Below, piece by piece: positions 8,685-17,804 of a stretch of 64,000 nucleotides of DNA; position 1 is the first letter of the stretch; the number at the start of each line of letters is the position of its first letter. Below the pieces are notes generated by a model, which was not told the origin of the DNA, did not search any database, and saw nothing but the letters and a program-made list of their open reading frames with translations. The position numbers and the translations under genes are program-made. The stretch lies in sequence record NC_048048.2. One strand, written 5' to 3'.

Positions 8685-9272
8685 ATGCTCCTCTTTTTCG
8701 ACACCGAAACCACGGGCCTGTGGAATAAAGGCCTCCCGATGGGCTCCCCCGAGCAGCCCAAGATCGTTCAGATCGCCGCGCTCCTGACCGAGGACGACGG
8801 CACCGAGGTTCAGAGCCTGAACTTCATCGTCCGCCAGGACCACGTGCCTGAAAAGGCCGCCGCCGTTCACGGCATCACCACCGAAGTCTCCCAGCGCCTG
8901 GGCCTCAACGAAGGCACCGTCCTGACGGTGTTCGAGGAACTGCTGATGCTGGCCGACGTCGTCGTCGCCCACAACGACGAATACGACCGTCAGGTCGTCC
9001 TCAACGCCATCGCCCTGATCGACCAGAAGATTTCCGACCCGTTCGCGGGCAAGAAGGCCTTCTGCACCATGAAGGCCTCCACGCCGATCTGCAAGATCAA
9101 GGGTCCGCGCGGCTACAAGTGGCCCAAGCTGATCGAAGCCCACCAAATCCTGCTGGGCGAAGGCTTCGACGGCGCCCACGACGCCTTGGCCGACGTCCGC
9201 GCCTGCAAGCGCGTCTTCTTCAAGCTCCAGGAAATCATCGCCGAGCGCATCGCCGCCCAGAAGGCCGCCTGA
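8685..9272 (+). CDS. DnaQ-like DEDDh 3'-5' exonuclease
   Basis: FDTETTG, HNDEYD and HDALADV motifs. Confidence 0.9.
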   Translation: MLLFFDTETTGLWNKGLPMGSPEQPKIVQIAALLTEDDGTEVQSLNFIVRQDHVPEKAAAVHGITTEVSQRLGLNEGTVLTVFEELLMLADVVVAHNDEYDRQVVLNAIALIDQKISDPFAGKKAFCTMKASTPICKIKGPRGYKWPKLIEAHQILLGEGFDGAHDALADVRACKRVFFKLQEIIAERIAAQKAA

Positions 9273-9373
9273 TGCCCTGGTTCATGGTCATCACGATCAT
9301 GATCGGCGTCACCTGGATGATCCTGCCGCCGGGCGGGGACCCGCCCAACAACTCCGGCCTCGCGCCCGCTTAA
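9272..9373 (+). CDS. small membrane peptide (33 aa)
   Basis: TGATG coupling; single TM helix. Confidence 0.45.
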   Translation: MPWFMVITIMIGVTWMILPPGGDPPNNSGLAPA

Positions 9374-9382
9374 GACCCCTAC

Positions 9383-10474
9383 ATGACCGCTATCAACTTC
9401 GCCAAGGGCTTCGACGAGTATGTCGCCGCCCACCAAAAGAAGTGGCGTCACGATCGCTCCAAGAGCGTCGGCGCCTCCGAGGCCTTCGGTTGCCTGCGCA
9501 AGGCGTGGTTCGGCAAGCACAACACGCCCAAGGACCGCAACTACAAGGACGACTGGGGCGCCCTCAAGCGCGGCGACGTGATGGAGGAGCACTGGGTCGA
9601 GCCGGTGGTCAAGTGGTACCTGGATCAGCTTCCCGGCAACGTGCGGCTGATCTGGGGCGGCAAGCACCAACGCACCCTGGTTGGCAAGACCGCGCCGGCC
9701 TCGGCCACGCCTGACGGCCTCATCGTCGACGCCGATGATGACGCCCTGGCGCTCTATGGCATCCCGAGCCTGGGCGGCACGGGTTGCTTCAACTTCGAAA
9801 TCAAGTCCATCGATCCGAGAGTAAATCTCAAGGAGGAAAAGGGCATCCATCGCGGTCAGACGATCATGCAGATGGGACTCACCCGTGAGTTGACTTCGTA
9901 TCGCCCGAACTATGCTCTGATCATCTACGTGGATGCGTCGTTCTACAGTGACATGAACTTCTACGTCATCCCGTTCAACCAGGAGACCTTCGAGGCCGGC
10001 AAGGAACGCGCCCGACAGGCCTTCGAGATCAAGAGCGTCGCCGACATCTTCCCGGAAGGTAAGCTGGATGGGTCGTGCGACTACTGCCCCTACACCACCG
10101 CCTGCGCGGTCGCCACTGGCGAAGCCACCCCGACCGACGGCGTCACGACCGAGACGAACACCCCGTCTCCGATCGTCAAGGAATTCGAGGACCTGATCTT
10201 CCTGGAGCGCGAGCTTCAGGCCGAGAAGAAGGTCGCGGAAAAGGCCCACAAGGAGGCCCAGGAACGGCTCAAAGAGCTTTTCCGAGAGGTCGGCACCCGC
10301 CGTTTCCAAGTTGGAGACATCAAGGCGTCGATCACCTGGAACAAGGGCAAAAAGTCCTTGGACCGTAAGGCTATGGAAGAAGACGGCATCGACCTTACTC
10401 CCTACGAGAAGGAAGGCAACGGTTTCGACACCCTGAGGATCACCGAAAAGGGGTCCGGGGTCGACGACACCTAA
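9383..10474 (+). CDS. Cas4/RecB-like PD-(D/E)XK exonuclease with 4-Cys cluster
   Basis: GASEAFGC...TPDG...FEIK...CDYCPYTTAC. Confidence 0.8.
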   Translation: MTAINFAKGFDEYVAAHQKKWRHDRSKSVGASEAFGCLRKAWFGKHNTPKDRNYKDDWGALKRGDVMEEHWVEPVVKWYLDQLPGNVRLIWGGKHQRTLVGKTAPASATPDGLIVDADDDALALYGIPSLGGTGCFNFEIKSIDPRVNLKEEKGIHRGQTIMQMGLTRELTSYRPNYALIIYVDASFYSDMNFYVIPFNQETFEAGKERARQAFEIKSVADIFPEGKLDGSCDYCPYTTACAVATGEATPTDGVTTETNTPSPIVKEFEDLIFLERELQAEKKVAEKAHKEAQERLKELFREVGTRRFQVGDIKASITWNKGKKSLDRKAMEEDGIDLTPYEKEGNGFDTLRITEKGSGVDDT

Positions 10475-10691
10475 CGCGTAAGAGCACGGTAAGCGTACTC
10501 TAAGCTAAGCCAGAGCTAATCGAAGACTATGTCACGGTAAGCCAAGCCCAAGCTACGTCTAAGACCTACCAAGACAAGAACAAGTCCAAGCCTAAGCTAA
10601 GACTGCATTACGCCTAAGACGAAGGCACTCCCCAAAATCTAAGACCACCCCGCCGGCGGCATCCCGCCGCCGGCCAATCCCAAGGATAAGT
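10475..10691 (+). repeat. non-coding YAAG/CTAAG short-motif array ending in a 9-bp GC hairpin
   Basis: About 20 AAG motifs (18 YAAG) in 215 bp, strand-biased; hairpin GCCGGCGGC-ATCCC-GCCGCCGGC at 10652-10674. Confidence 0.85.
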
Positions 10692-11534
10692 ATGTCCACC
10701 CAACTCACCACCACCTCGACCGGCTTCATGGCCACCACCGACGACGCCTTCGCCCTGCTGTCGGAAGTCGCCAATGAAATGGGCGGCGGCTCGGGCGTCT
10801 TCCTGAAGTTCAACGGCAACGACGGCCTGTTCACCTACGGCGCCACCGGCGACGAACTGCCCCTGGGCTCGCAACTGGCCTTCAACGGCATGTCGCTGGA
10901 ACGCGGCTGGATTTGCTGGAAGGACGAAGAAGTCGTCGGCGAGGAAATGGTCTCGTTCCTGACCGGCAAGCCGAAGGACAAGAGCCAACTGCCCGACAAC
11001 GGCCCCTACGAGTCCAACCAGGACGGCTGGCAGGAGCAGATGGCGGTCACCTTCAAGATGACCGAGGCGCCGTTCCACGAACTGTCGTTCAAGGCCACCG
11101 GCGTGACCAAGCTGAACGCCGTCAAGCGTCTGGTGCAGGACTACATCAAGTCGATGAAGGCCAATCCGGGCCTGATCCCGATCGTCGAGATCGACGAGAC
11201 CGAGTTCGAGTCCAAGGCCAAGGGCGCCCGTGGCGCGCGCAAGCACGCTCCGGTCTTCAAGATCGTGGCCTGGGTCACCGAGCAGCAACTGATCGACGCC
11301 CAGGAAGGCGCCGAAGGCGAGTACGAGCCCGAGCCGGAACCGGCGCCGAAGGCCCTGGCCGCCCCGAAGGCGACCGCCGCCAAGCCGGCCGCGCGCCGCG
11401 CCGCCCCGGCTCCCGAGCCGGAACCGGAAGCCGAGGACGACGCTGGCGCCTATGAAGACGAGGCCGAGGCCGAACCGGCTCCCGCGCCGGCGCCGAACCC
11501 GCGCCAAGCCGCCGCCCGTCGCGGCCGCTTCTAG
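10692..11534 (+). CDS. putative single-stranded DNA-binding protein
   Basis: Beta-rich, aromatic N-terminal domain; acidic Pro/Ala-rich tail; lies beside the exonuclease in the replication module. Confidence 0.6.
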   Translation: MSTQLTTTSTGFMATTDDAFALLSEVANEMGGGSGVFLKFNGNDGLFTYGATGDELPLGSQLAFNGMSLERGWICWKDEEVVGEEMVSFLTGKPKDKSQLPDNGPYESNQDGWQEQMAVTFKMTEAPFHELSFKATGVTKLNAVKRLVQDYIKSMKANPGLIPIVEIDETEFESKAKGARGARKHAPVFKIVAWVTEQQLIDAQEGAEGEYEPEPEPAPKALAAPKATAAKPAARRAAPAPEPEPEAEDDAGAYEDEAEAEPAPAPAPNPRQAAARRGRF

Positions 11535-11618
11535 GCCTTAGCGCCCACGACCCCGAAGGCCCGTCCACTCCGGTGGGCGGGCCACCTTCTACCCCGACAA
11601 TTTGAAGAGAGGACTCCC

Positions 11619-12203
11619 ATGACGACGTTCGTGGCGTTTCCCAAGATCGCGCGCCTGAACCGCGAGATCGTGATCACCGAGAAGCTCGACGGCACCAATG
11701 CCCAGGTCGAGATCAACGACGCCGGCGACGACATCGTCTCGGCCGGCTCGCGCAACCGCTACATCACCCCCGAGATGGACAATCACGGCTTTGCGCGCTG
11801 GGTGCGCGACAACCGTGACGAACTGATCAAGCTCGGGCCGGGTCGCCACTACGGCGAATGGTGGGGCAATGGCATCCAGCACGGCTACGGCCTGGGCAAG
11901 GGTGACAAGCGCTTCTCCCTCTTCAATGTCGGCCGCTGGGAAGACCCCGCGACGCGTCCGGCCTGCTGCGGCGTCGTGCCGGTGCTCTATCGTGGCCCGT
12001 TCTCCGAGGCCGCCATCCAGGACGCCGTGGAGCGGCTGCGCACCGAAGGCTCGATGGCTGCGCCCGGCTGGATGCGCCCCGAGGGCGTCATCGTCTACCA
12101 CACCGCCGCTGGCACCCTCTTCAAGGTCACCCTGGAGAAGGACGCCGCCCCCAAGTCGACCTATGACGCCGAGCACGCGGCGCGCATCGCTCAGGCGGCC
12201 TAG
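11619..12203 (+). CDS. RNA ligase, Rnl2-like nucleotidyltransferase domain
   Basis: EKLDGTNA (motif I), YGEWWG, FSLF, EGVIV and FK motifs. Confidence 0.8.
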   Translation: MTTFVAFPKIARLNREIVITEKLDGTNAQVEINDAGDDIVSAGSRNRYITPEMDNHGFARWVRDNRDELIKLGPGRHYGEWWGNGIQHGYGLGKGDKRFSLFNVGRWEDPATRPACCGVVPVLYRGPFSEAAIQDAVERLRTEGSMAAPGWMRPEGVIVYHTAAGTLFKVTLEKDAAPKSTYDAEHAARIAQAA

Positions 12204-12204
12204 G

Positions 12205-12399
12205 ATGAGCACCGCCGCCTGGATCGACGCGCTTTTCGGCGACGGTTTCGTCGACACGCGCACCCCCACCCAGAAGAGGATCGACGACGCCATTGGTGCT
12301 GTCGTCCTCATCCTGGCCTTGGCCATCTCCGCCGCGCCCTGGCTGATCGGCGCCTTCGTCATTCTCCGTTGGCTGGCCAAGCTCGGAGGCGTGATCTGA
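12205..12399 (+). CDS. small membrane protein
   Basis: 64 aa with a C-terminal hydrophobic segment; translationally coupled. Confidence 0.5.
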   Translation: MSTAAWIDALFGDGFVDTRTPTQKRIDDAIGAVVLILALAISAAPWLIGAFVILRWLAKLGGVI

Positions 12400-13721
12400 T
12401 GCAGCTTTCTGGCCAACAGGAAGAGGCGATCAAGGTCATCGTCAAGCGCCTCGTCGGTGACTATCCCGAGCCCCTGACCTATCTGGCGGGCTATGCCGGC
12501 ACGGGTAAGTCGACCATCCTGCCGTTCATCATCGCCTCGCTGGGCTTTGACCCCAAGGACATCGCCTTCCTGGCGCCGACGGGTAAGGCCGCCAAGGTCA
12601 TGACCCAAAAGCTGATGGCCCAGGGCTTCAAGCTGTCGGCCGCCGCCACGATCCACTCGGCGATCTATCGTGCGCGCCCCGCGCCGATCTCGCAACTGGA
12701 AGCGGAGCTTTACGAGGCCCAGACCAGCCGCGAGCGTCTGAAGCTCAACGGCGGCCAACCCGAGGCGATCAATGCGCTGACGCGCACCATCAACCGCCTG
12801 GAGAAGGAACTGGACGACCTCTACACCGAGGAGAAAATCCACTTCCAACTCAACCCCGACAGCCTCGTCAAGGACAAGAAGCTCATCGTCGTCGACGAAG
12901 CGTCGATGGTGGGCCGCAGCATCGCCGATGACCTTCTCTACTTCGGCGTGCCGATCCTGGCCATGGGCGATCCTGGCCAGCTTCCGCCGGTGCAGGACGA
13001 TGCAGGCCTGACCGCCGGCGAGCCCGACTACTTCCTGACCGAAATCCATCGTCAGGCCGCCGACAACCCGATCCTGCAACTGGCGACCATGGCGCGCCAA
13101 GGCAAGATTCTGGTCCCCGGCGTCTACGGTGACGGCCGCGCCGTGGTCATGAAGCGTCGCGACTTTAACAACGGGCACTTCGACTGGGACGCGCCGGCCC
13201 CGCAGTTCATCGTCGGCACCAACGCCACGCGTTGGCGTGTGACTAAGATGCTGCGCCAGGGCTACTGCGTCCCCGGCGCCGAGCATCCGAACTCCGGCCC
13301 GCAGGAAGGCGAGCCGCTGATCATCTGCAAGAACAATCGCGCCTACCCGACCCTGGTCAACGGCACCGAGGTCGATGCGATCGCCTCGCACATGCTCCAC
13401 AAGGGCCAAACCACCTTCCCGTTCAAAATCCAGGACGAGGATGGGCGCAAGTACGAGATCAACGCCTTCCAGGGCCTGTTCGAGGAGCACTACGCCGGCA
13501 AGAAGAACGCCTTCTCGTCGACCTCGCGCTCGGCCTTCAAGGCCCGCAAGAACTCCGTCGAACTGGACTGGGGCTGGGCGATCACCTGCCACAAGTCCCA
13601 GGGCTCCCAATACCCCGAAGTCGTCGTCATCGACGAGAGCGGGGTCTTCCGCGACGACAGCGCCAAGTGGGCCTACACGGCCATCACCCGCGCGGCCGAA
13701 AAACTCACCATCCTGGTCTAG
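12399..13721 (+). CDS. SF1B helicase (Dda/RecD-like)
   Basis: GYAGTGKST, VVDEASM, GDPGQLPPV, RQAADNPI and TCHKSQGSQY motifs. Confidence 0.92.
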   Translation: MQLSGQQEEAIKVIVKRLVGDYPEPLTYLAGYAGTGKSTILPFIIASLGFDPKDIAFLAPTGKAAKVMTQKLMAQGFKLSAAATIHSAIYRARPAPISQLEAELYEAQTSRERLKLNGGQPEAINALTRTINRLEKELDDLYTEEKIHFQLNPDSLVKDKKLIVVDEASMVGRSIADDLLYFGVPILAMGDPGQLPPVQDDAGLTAGEPDYFLTEIHRQAADNPILQLATMARQGKILVPGVYGDGRAVVMKRRDFNNGHFDWDAPAPQFIVGTNATRWRVTKMLRQGYCVPGAEHPNSGPQEGEPLIICKNNRAYPTLVNGTEVDAIASHMLHKGQTTFPFKIQDEDGRKYEINAFQGLFEEHYAGKKNAFSSTSRSAFKARKNSVELDWGWAITCHKSQGSQYPEVVVIDESGVFRDDSAKWAYTAITRAAEKLTILV

Positions 13722-13732
13722 GGATTTTCTCC

Positions 13733-14275
13733 ATGCAAATCATCGCCTTCAATGGCAAGAGGGGCGCCGGCAAGGATACCGCCGCCGACGTCCTGGTCGA
13801 ACAGGGCTACACCCGGTTCGCGCTGACCGACCTGACGAAGGCGATCGTCCGCGACGTCTTTGGCGTCACGGTCGAGGAGCAGACCGATCGGGTCCTTAAG
13901 GAAACGCCGCTCAAGCGCTATCCGTTCAAGAGCCCCCGCCAACTCGATCGGCTCGTGGCCGAGGAGATGTTCCGCGAGGTCTTCGACCCGGACGTCTGGT
14001 GCCATTACGCCGTGCGCGAAATCCGCAAGCTCAAGGCCGCCGGCGTCAAGAAGATCGTCATCCCGGACGTGCGCCGGCCCAATGAGGCGGCGTTCCTGCG
14101 CGACGCCTTCGAGAGCGCCGTGACGATCATCAAGATCGTCAATCCGCGCCTGCGCGACAACGACAGCCATCCCTCGGAAACCGAGGTCGACGACGTCGTG
14201 CCCAACATCACGATCTACAACGAGCGCGCCGTCCACGACCTTAAGCAAGCCGTCCTGGCCATCACCGAGGAATAG
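13733..14275 (+). CDS. deoxynucleoside monophosphate kinase
   Basis: IIAFNGKRGAGKDT P-loop; IPDVR.PNEA motif. Confidence 0.85.
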   Translation: MQIIAFNGKRGAGKDTAADVLVEQGYTRFALTDLTKAIVRDVFGVTVEEQTDRVLKETPLKRYPFKSPRQLDRLVAEEMFREVFDPDVWCHYAVREIRKLKAAGVKKIVIPDVRRPNEAAFLRDAFESAVTIIKIVNPRLRDNDSHPSETEVDDVVPNITIYNERAVHDLKQAVLAITEE

Positions 14276-14281
14276 GACGCC

Positions 14282-15211
14282 ATGTTCACCTCCAAGCAAG
14301 ACGCCTCCAAGGCCATTTCGATCACCGCGTCGATCTTCCCCAATGGCGTCCGGGTCGATAGCGCCCAGCTTCGCTACTGGCGGCCGATCCACGGCGAGTT
14401 CATGACCCACCGGGACTTCTCGCGCAACGGCGCCTCGGGGCGCGCGGTGCCGGTCGGGGCGGTTCTGGCGCGCGATGAAGTCTACATCCCGCAGTTCAAG
14501 CACAACAAGCCGGGCATGCAGCCGGGCGAGTACCTGTCGCCGGAAAAGCAGGCGCGCGCCGAGAAGGCGTGGCTCAAGGCCGTCGGCGCCTGCCGCGAGA
14601 TGGCGGCCTTGCTGTCGGACAAGGACGACCTCAACGTCCACAAGCAGTGGCCCAACCGCATGATCGAATGGTTCGGCTGGATCGACGTCCTGGTGACCTC
14701 GACCCGCTGGTCCAACTGGGACGCCCTGCGCCTGCATCCCGAGGCTCAGGACGAGATCAGGTTCCTGGCCGAGGCCCTCTACGAGGCGCGCCGAAACGCC
14801 AAGGTGCAAATCCTCAAGCCGGGCGAATGGCACAAGCCCTACGTCCGCGAGGAGGATGGCGAGACGGTCGACCGGATGCTGCGCAATCAGGACCTTCCCG
14901 ACGACGTGCGCGAAGCCCTGTATCTGATGGACACCCGCGACCTCAAGGACGTCTCGGTACGCGAGAAGGTGCTGCTGGCCATCTCGGCGGCCCGCGCCTG
15001 CCGCGTCTCCTACGCCAAGATGGACGGCTCGCCTACCACCATGGCCGACGACATGCGCCGTTTCCTGCTGCTGGCCAAGTCCAAGCCGATGCACGCCAGC
15101 CCGCTGGAGCACCAGTGCCGCGAACTGACCATGTTCGATTCGCCGCGCCTGCAAGGCAATCTGCTGGGCACGGTGCAGTTCCGCAAGTGCTTCCCCCACG
15201 AGTGTCAGTGA
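14282..15211 (+). CDS. thyX: flavin-dependent thymidylate synthase (ThyX-like)
   Basis: EFMTHRDFSRNGASGRA and HASPLEH motifs of phage ThyX. Confidence 0.8.
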   Translation: MFTSKQDASKAISITASIFPNGVRVDSAQLRYWRPIHGEFMTHRDFSRNGASGRAVPVGAVLARDEVYIPQFKHNKPGMQPGEYLSPEKQARAEKAWLKAVGACREMAALLSDKDDLNVHKQWPNRMIEWFGWIDVLVTSTRWSNWDALRLHPEAQDEIRFLAEALYEARRNAKVQILKPGEWHKPYVREEDGETVDRMLRNQDLPDDVREALYLMDTRDLKDVSVREKVLLAISAARACRVSYAKMDGSPTTMADDMRRFLLLAKSKPMHASPLEHQCRELTMFDSPRLQGNLLGTVQFRKCFPHECQ

Positions 15212-15552
15212 TGGGCGGGCTCCAGCAGCGTCTCTGGCTCTGGTTCCACGCCGCCTTTGGCGGGCGCTGGAGCACGCCCCAGGACCGCGCCCTGCGCGTC
15301 CTGGAGGAGGCGGTCGAACTGGCCCAGGCCGTCGGCATCATCCGGGGCGTGGCCCTGCACATGGTCGATCACGTCTATGATCGGCCGCCCGGAGAGCCGC
15401 TTCAGGAACTGGCCGGCGTCTTCAACACCGTGCTGCTCACCGCTCAGTCCATGGGCGTGGATGCCGAGCAGGCGGGCGAACACGAACTTCAACAGGCCTG
15501 GGGCCGGATCGACGAAATCCGCGCCAAGCAGGCGGACAAGGTGATGCTGTGA
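15211..15552 (+). CDS. MazG-like NTP pyrophosphohydrolase family protein
   Basis: RALRVLEEAVEL...QELAGV all-alpha acidic motif; GTGATG coupling. Confidence 0.55.
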   Translation: MGGLQQRLWLWFHAAFGGRWSTPQDRALRVLEEAVELAQAVGIIRGVALHMVDHVYDRPPGEPLQELAGVFNTVLLTAQSMGVDAEQAGEHELQQAWGRIDEIRAKQADKVML

Positions 15553-15695
15553 TCTGGTGGCTCCTCGGCGGCGCGCTTGGCGTCGGCATCATCTGGTGGC
15601 TCATCCGCGTCGGCGCGGGCCTCTTCCTGCTGGAGGCTGCCGGCGAGGTTCTCGAAGGTCTCGCCGACTGCCTGGGCGACATCAGCTTCGACTGA
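15549..15695 (+). CDS. small membrane protein (48 aa)
   Basis: GTGA overlap; MIWWLLGGALGVGIIWWL... Confidence 0.5.
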   Translation: MIWWLLGGALGVGIIWWLIRVGAGLFLLEAAGEVLEGLADCLGDISFD

Positions 15696-15713
15696 AGAAA
15701 GTACGCGCGTCTC

Positions 15714-15762
15714 GTGACGTTGGGCTTGACCCGTGTCACGAACTGCGTCACACATTAACCAT
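15714..15762 (+). promoter_or_regulatory. promoter motif with TTAACCAT box
   Basis: GTGACGTTGGGCTTGACC...TTAACCAT. Confidence 0.6.
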
Positions 15763-15794
15763 AAGGCCGCAAAAGCCTTCCTGTTCGGTAGCGT

Positions 15795-16079
15795 ATGACC
15801 CTCGACACTCCCCAAGACATCCACGTCCCCGAATTTGGCCTCGCGATCTACAAGATCGAAGGCGCCGAATTCGATCAGGCCGCCCTGGACGTCCATGTTC
15901 CTGAATTCGCCTCGACCGAGGAGCCGGCCTCGGCCGCCCTCCTGCACGGGCTGGGCATCATGATCCTCGATCACCAGGGCGAGATCGCCCGCATGGTCGA
16001 CTCCCTCTTCGGCGACAAGCGGCCCACCGAGGCCGAAGCCGTCCGCATGATCAACTCCCTGCTCCTGAAAGCCGACTGA
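15795..16079 (+). CDS. hypothetical protein
   Basis: ORF downstream of a promoter; internal D(I/V)HVPEF duplication. Confidence 0.6.
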   Translation: MTLDTPQDIHVPEFGLAIYKIEGAEFDQAALDVHVPEFASTEEPASAALLHGLGIMILDHQGEIARMVDSLFGDKRPTEAEAVRMINSLLLKAD

Positions 16080-16381
16080 TGTCCCAGCGTATTCCCGAAG
16101 CCATCCTCACCATCCATGACGATCTGGGCGCGCCCGGCAGCGTCCTGTTCTCCCTCGACCTCGACATGGAGACCAATCCCGACAGCGAGGTCATCCCCTA
16201 CAGCGACGTGGTGGCCCTGACCCTCTTCAACATCGCCCGCCGCCAGCCGGAGGCCTTCACCGAGACCTACCTGCAAGTCCTGGGCTGTCTGGCCGAGTTC
16301 GCCGAAGAAGTCCAGGCCGGCGCCGATCCCGAGAAGCTGGCGGCGATCCGCCAAAAGTGGGGCATCGAACTCCGTGCGTAA
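16079..16381 (+). CDS. hypothetical protein
   Basis: TGATG coupling; codon bias. Confidence 0.6.
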   Translation: MSQRIPEAILTIHDDLGAPGSVLFSLDLDMETNPDSEVIPYSDVVALTLFNIARRQPEAFTETYLQVLGCLAEFAEEVQAGADPEKLAAIRQKWGIELRA

Positions 16382-16820
16382 GCCTGACCTTGCTCTGATG
16401 CGCGCCAGCTTCGAGCAAGAGTTCGGAAGCGACGACGACGCGCTCGATATCGACGAGTTCTTCACCCCCGACGACATCGCCGATCTCGTCGATCCGGCCT
16501 CGGATATCGCCTTCGATGACGAGGAGGATGACGAGGACGAGGTCCCTGCCAAGGGGCGCAAGTCCAACCTCTCCAACCGCCTGCCCCGCGAGGACTTCGC
16601 GCCGGTCGTTCACTTCGACGACCGCCCGCCGCTGATCGAGCGTTGCCAGGAAATCCTCAAGGACCGGCTGAAGATCAAGAACGGCTGCTTCTTCCTGGAT
16701 CGCAACCCCGTCCATACCGACAAGGTCGTGGAGGCCGCCGGCCTCCAGTACCTGGAGGACGAGGCCCCGATGCGCTCGCCGCCGCCGCGCCGGCCCAAGC
16801 GTCGCCGCAAGGTGCTCTGA
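16374..16820 (+). CDS. hypothetical protein, acidic N-terminus and basic C-terminus
   Basis: Coupled ORF; codon bias. Confidence 0.6.
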   Translation: MRKPDLALMRASFEQEFGSDDDALDIDEFFTPDDIADLVDPASDIAFDDEEDDEDEVPAKGRKSNLSNRLPREDFAPVVHFDDRPPLIERCQEILKDRLKIKNGCFFLDRNPVHTDKVVEAAGLQYLEDEAPMRSPPPRRPKRRRKVL

Positions 16821-17119
16821 TGTCGTTCGGTTGGGAGCCCTACTATGCCGCCGTCGCCGCCTTGGTCTACGTCGGCATCGTCATCTACCTGCTGGTCGAT
16901 CCCAGCGAGGACGATGAGAAGTGGCAGTTCCTGATGTGGGGCGTCATGATCGGCATCATGTGGGGGCCGATCCTGGCGATGATCATCGTCTTCGGCGCCA
17001 TCCCGGAGGGTTTCAAGGCCCTTCACCGGTGGATTCACAAGGACCGTAGCAAGCCCCTGCCACCTGCGCCGGCCAAGCGCGTGACGCCGCCGGGCAAGCT
17101 TTCGATCGACAAGGACTAG
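16820..17119 (+). CDS. membrane protein
   Basis: Two TM helices; TGATG coupling. Confidence 0.55.
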   Translation: MSFGWEPYYAAVAALVYVGIVIYLLVDPSEDDEKWQFLMWGVMIGIMWGPILAMIIVFGAIPEGFKALHRWIHKDRSKPLPPAPAKRVTPPGKLSIDKD

Positions 17120-17123
17120 CGCC

Positions 17124-17405
17124 GTGGTCGAGATCACCCGCAAGACCGTGATCGTCAATGTCAACCGACAGACGATCGACGCCAACTCCAAGAAGGCCCG
17201 CCTCGGCGAGCCTTCGGAGCCCGCCGCTCCCATTCGTGTCCAGAAAGGCAAGAGCGGCAAAGCCACCTATGGTTCCGAGGTGGCTGTTCTGGACGCCAAG
17301 GGCGAGGAAGTCGCCCGTTTCATCTACAACCCGCAAGGCGCTCTTGTCTCCTGCGGCGCCCGGCTGGTGCTGGTCGCCCACCATGGGGCCAAGGTGGTCG
17401 CCTAG
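17124..17405 (+). CDS. hypothetical protein
   Basis: Compact ORF in operon orientation. Confidence 0.6.
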   Translation: MVEITRKTVIVNVNRQTIDANSKKARLGEPSEPAAPIRVQKGKSGKATYGSEVAVLDAKGEEVARFIYNPQGALVSCGARLVLVAHHGAKVVA

Positions 17406-17416
17406 GAAATCAGACA

Positions 17417-17608
17417 ATGACTAAGCTCCTTCTGGCCCTCGTGCCGATCATCCTGTGGCTCGGCTTCATCGTGGGCACGGCCGCCGCGTGGCTGACCCAC
17501 GTCATCCACTGCATCCAGACCCAGGAATGGGTGTTCCTGATCGCCGGCGCCCTGGCCTTCCCCGTGGCCGTCATCCACGGCATCGGCATCTGGTTCGGCC
17601 TCTGGTAG
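17417..17608 (+). CDS. small membrane protein
   Basis: 63 aa, two TM helices; AGGA SD. Confidence 0.6.
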   Translation: MTKLLLALVPIILWLGFIVGTAAAWLTHVIHCIQTQEWVFLIAGALAFPVAVIHGIGIWFGLW

Positions 17609-17804
17609 AGGCTGTCACCGACGACCGCCTGAGGCGGGAGTTCAAGAAGCTCCTGACCCAGGGGTTCTACGTCGTCGATGAGGACGGCGTCGTCCTGGAG
17701 GGCGAGGCGCACGACGCCGCCCTCCAGATCACCAAACTCTGGCGCGGCGATCTCTGGAGAGCCTTCCGCCGATTGGAAGACCGGCTTTGGCCGGAACAAG
17801 CCCC

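Noticed and set aside
10475-10691. CRISPR array or mini-array interpretation of the YAAG region next to the Cas4-like gene
   Set aside because: Repeats are 4-10 nt with irregular spacing, not 23-47-nt repeats with unique spacers; solo Cas4-like exonucleases are common in phage replication modules
11320-11520. GAGCCGGAACCG-type repeats at the end of ssb
   Set aside because: Coding EPEPEP/PAPAP linker; no non-coding function needed
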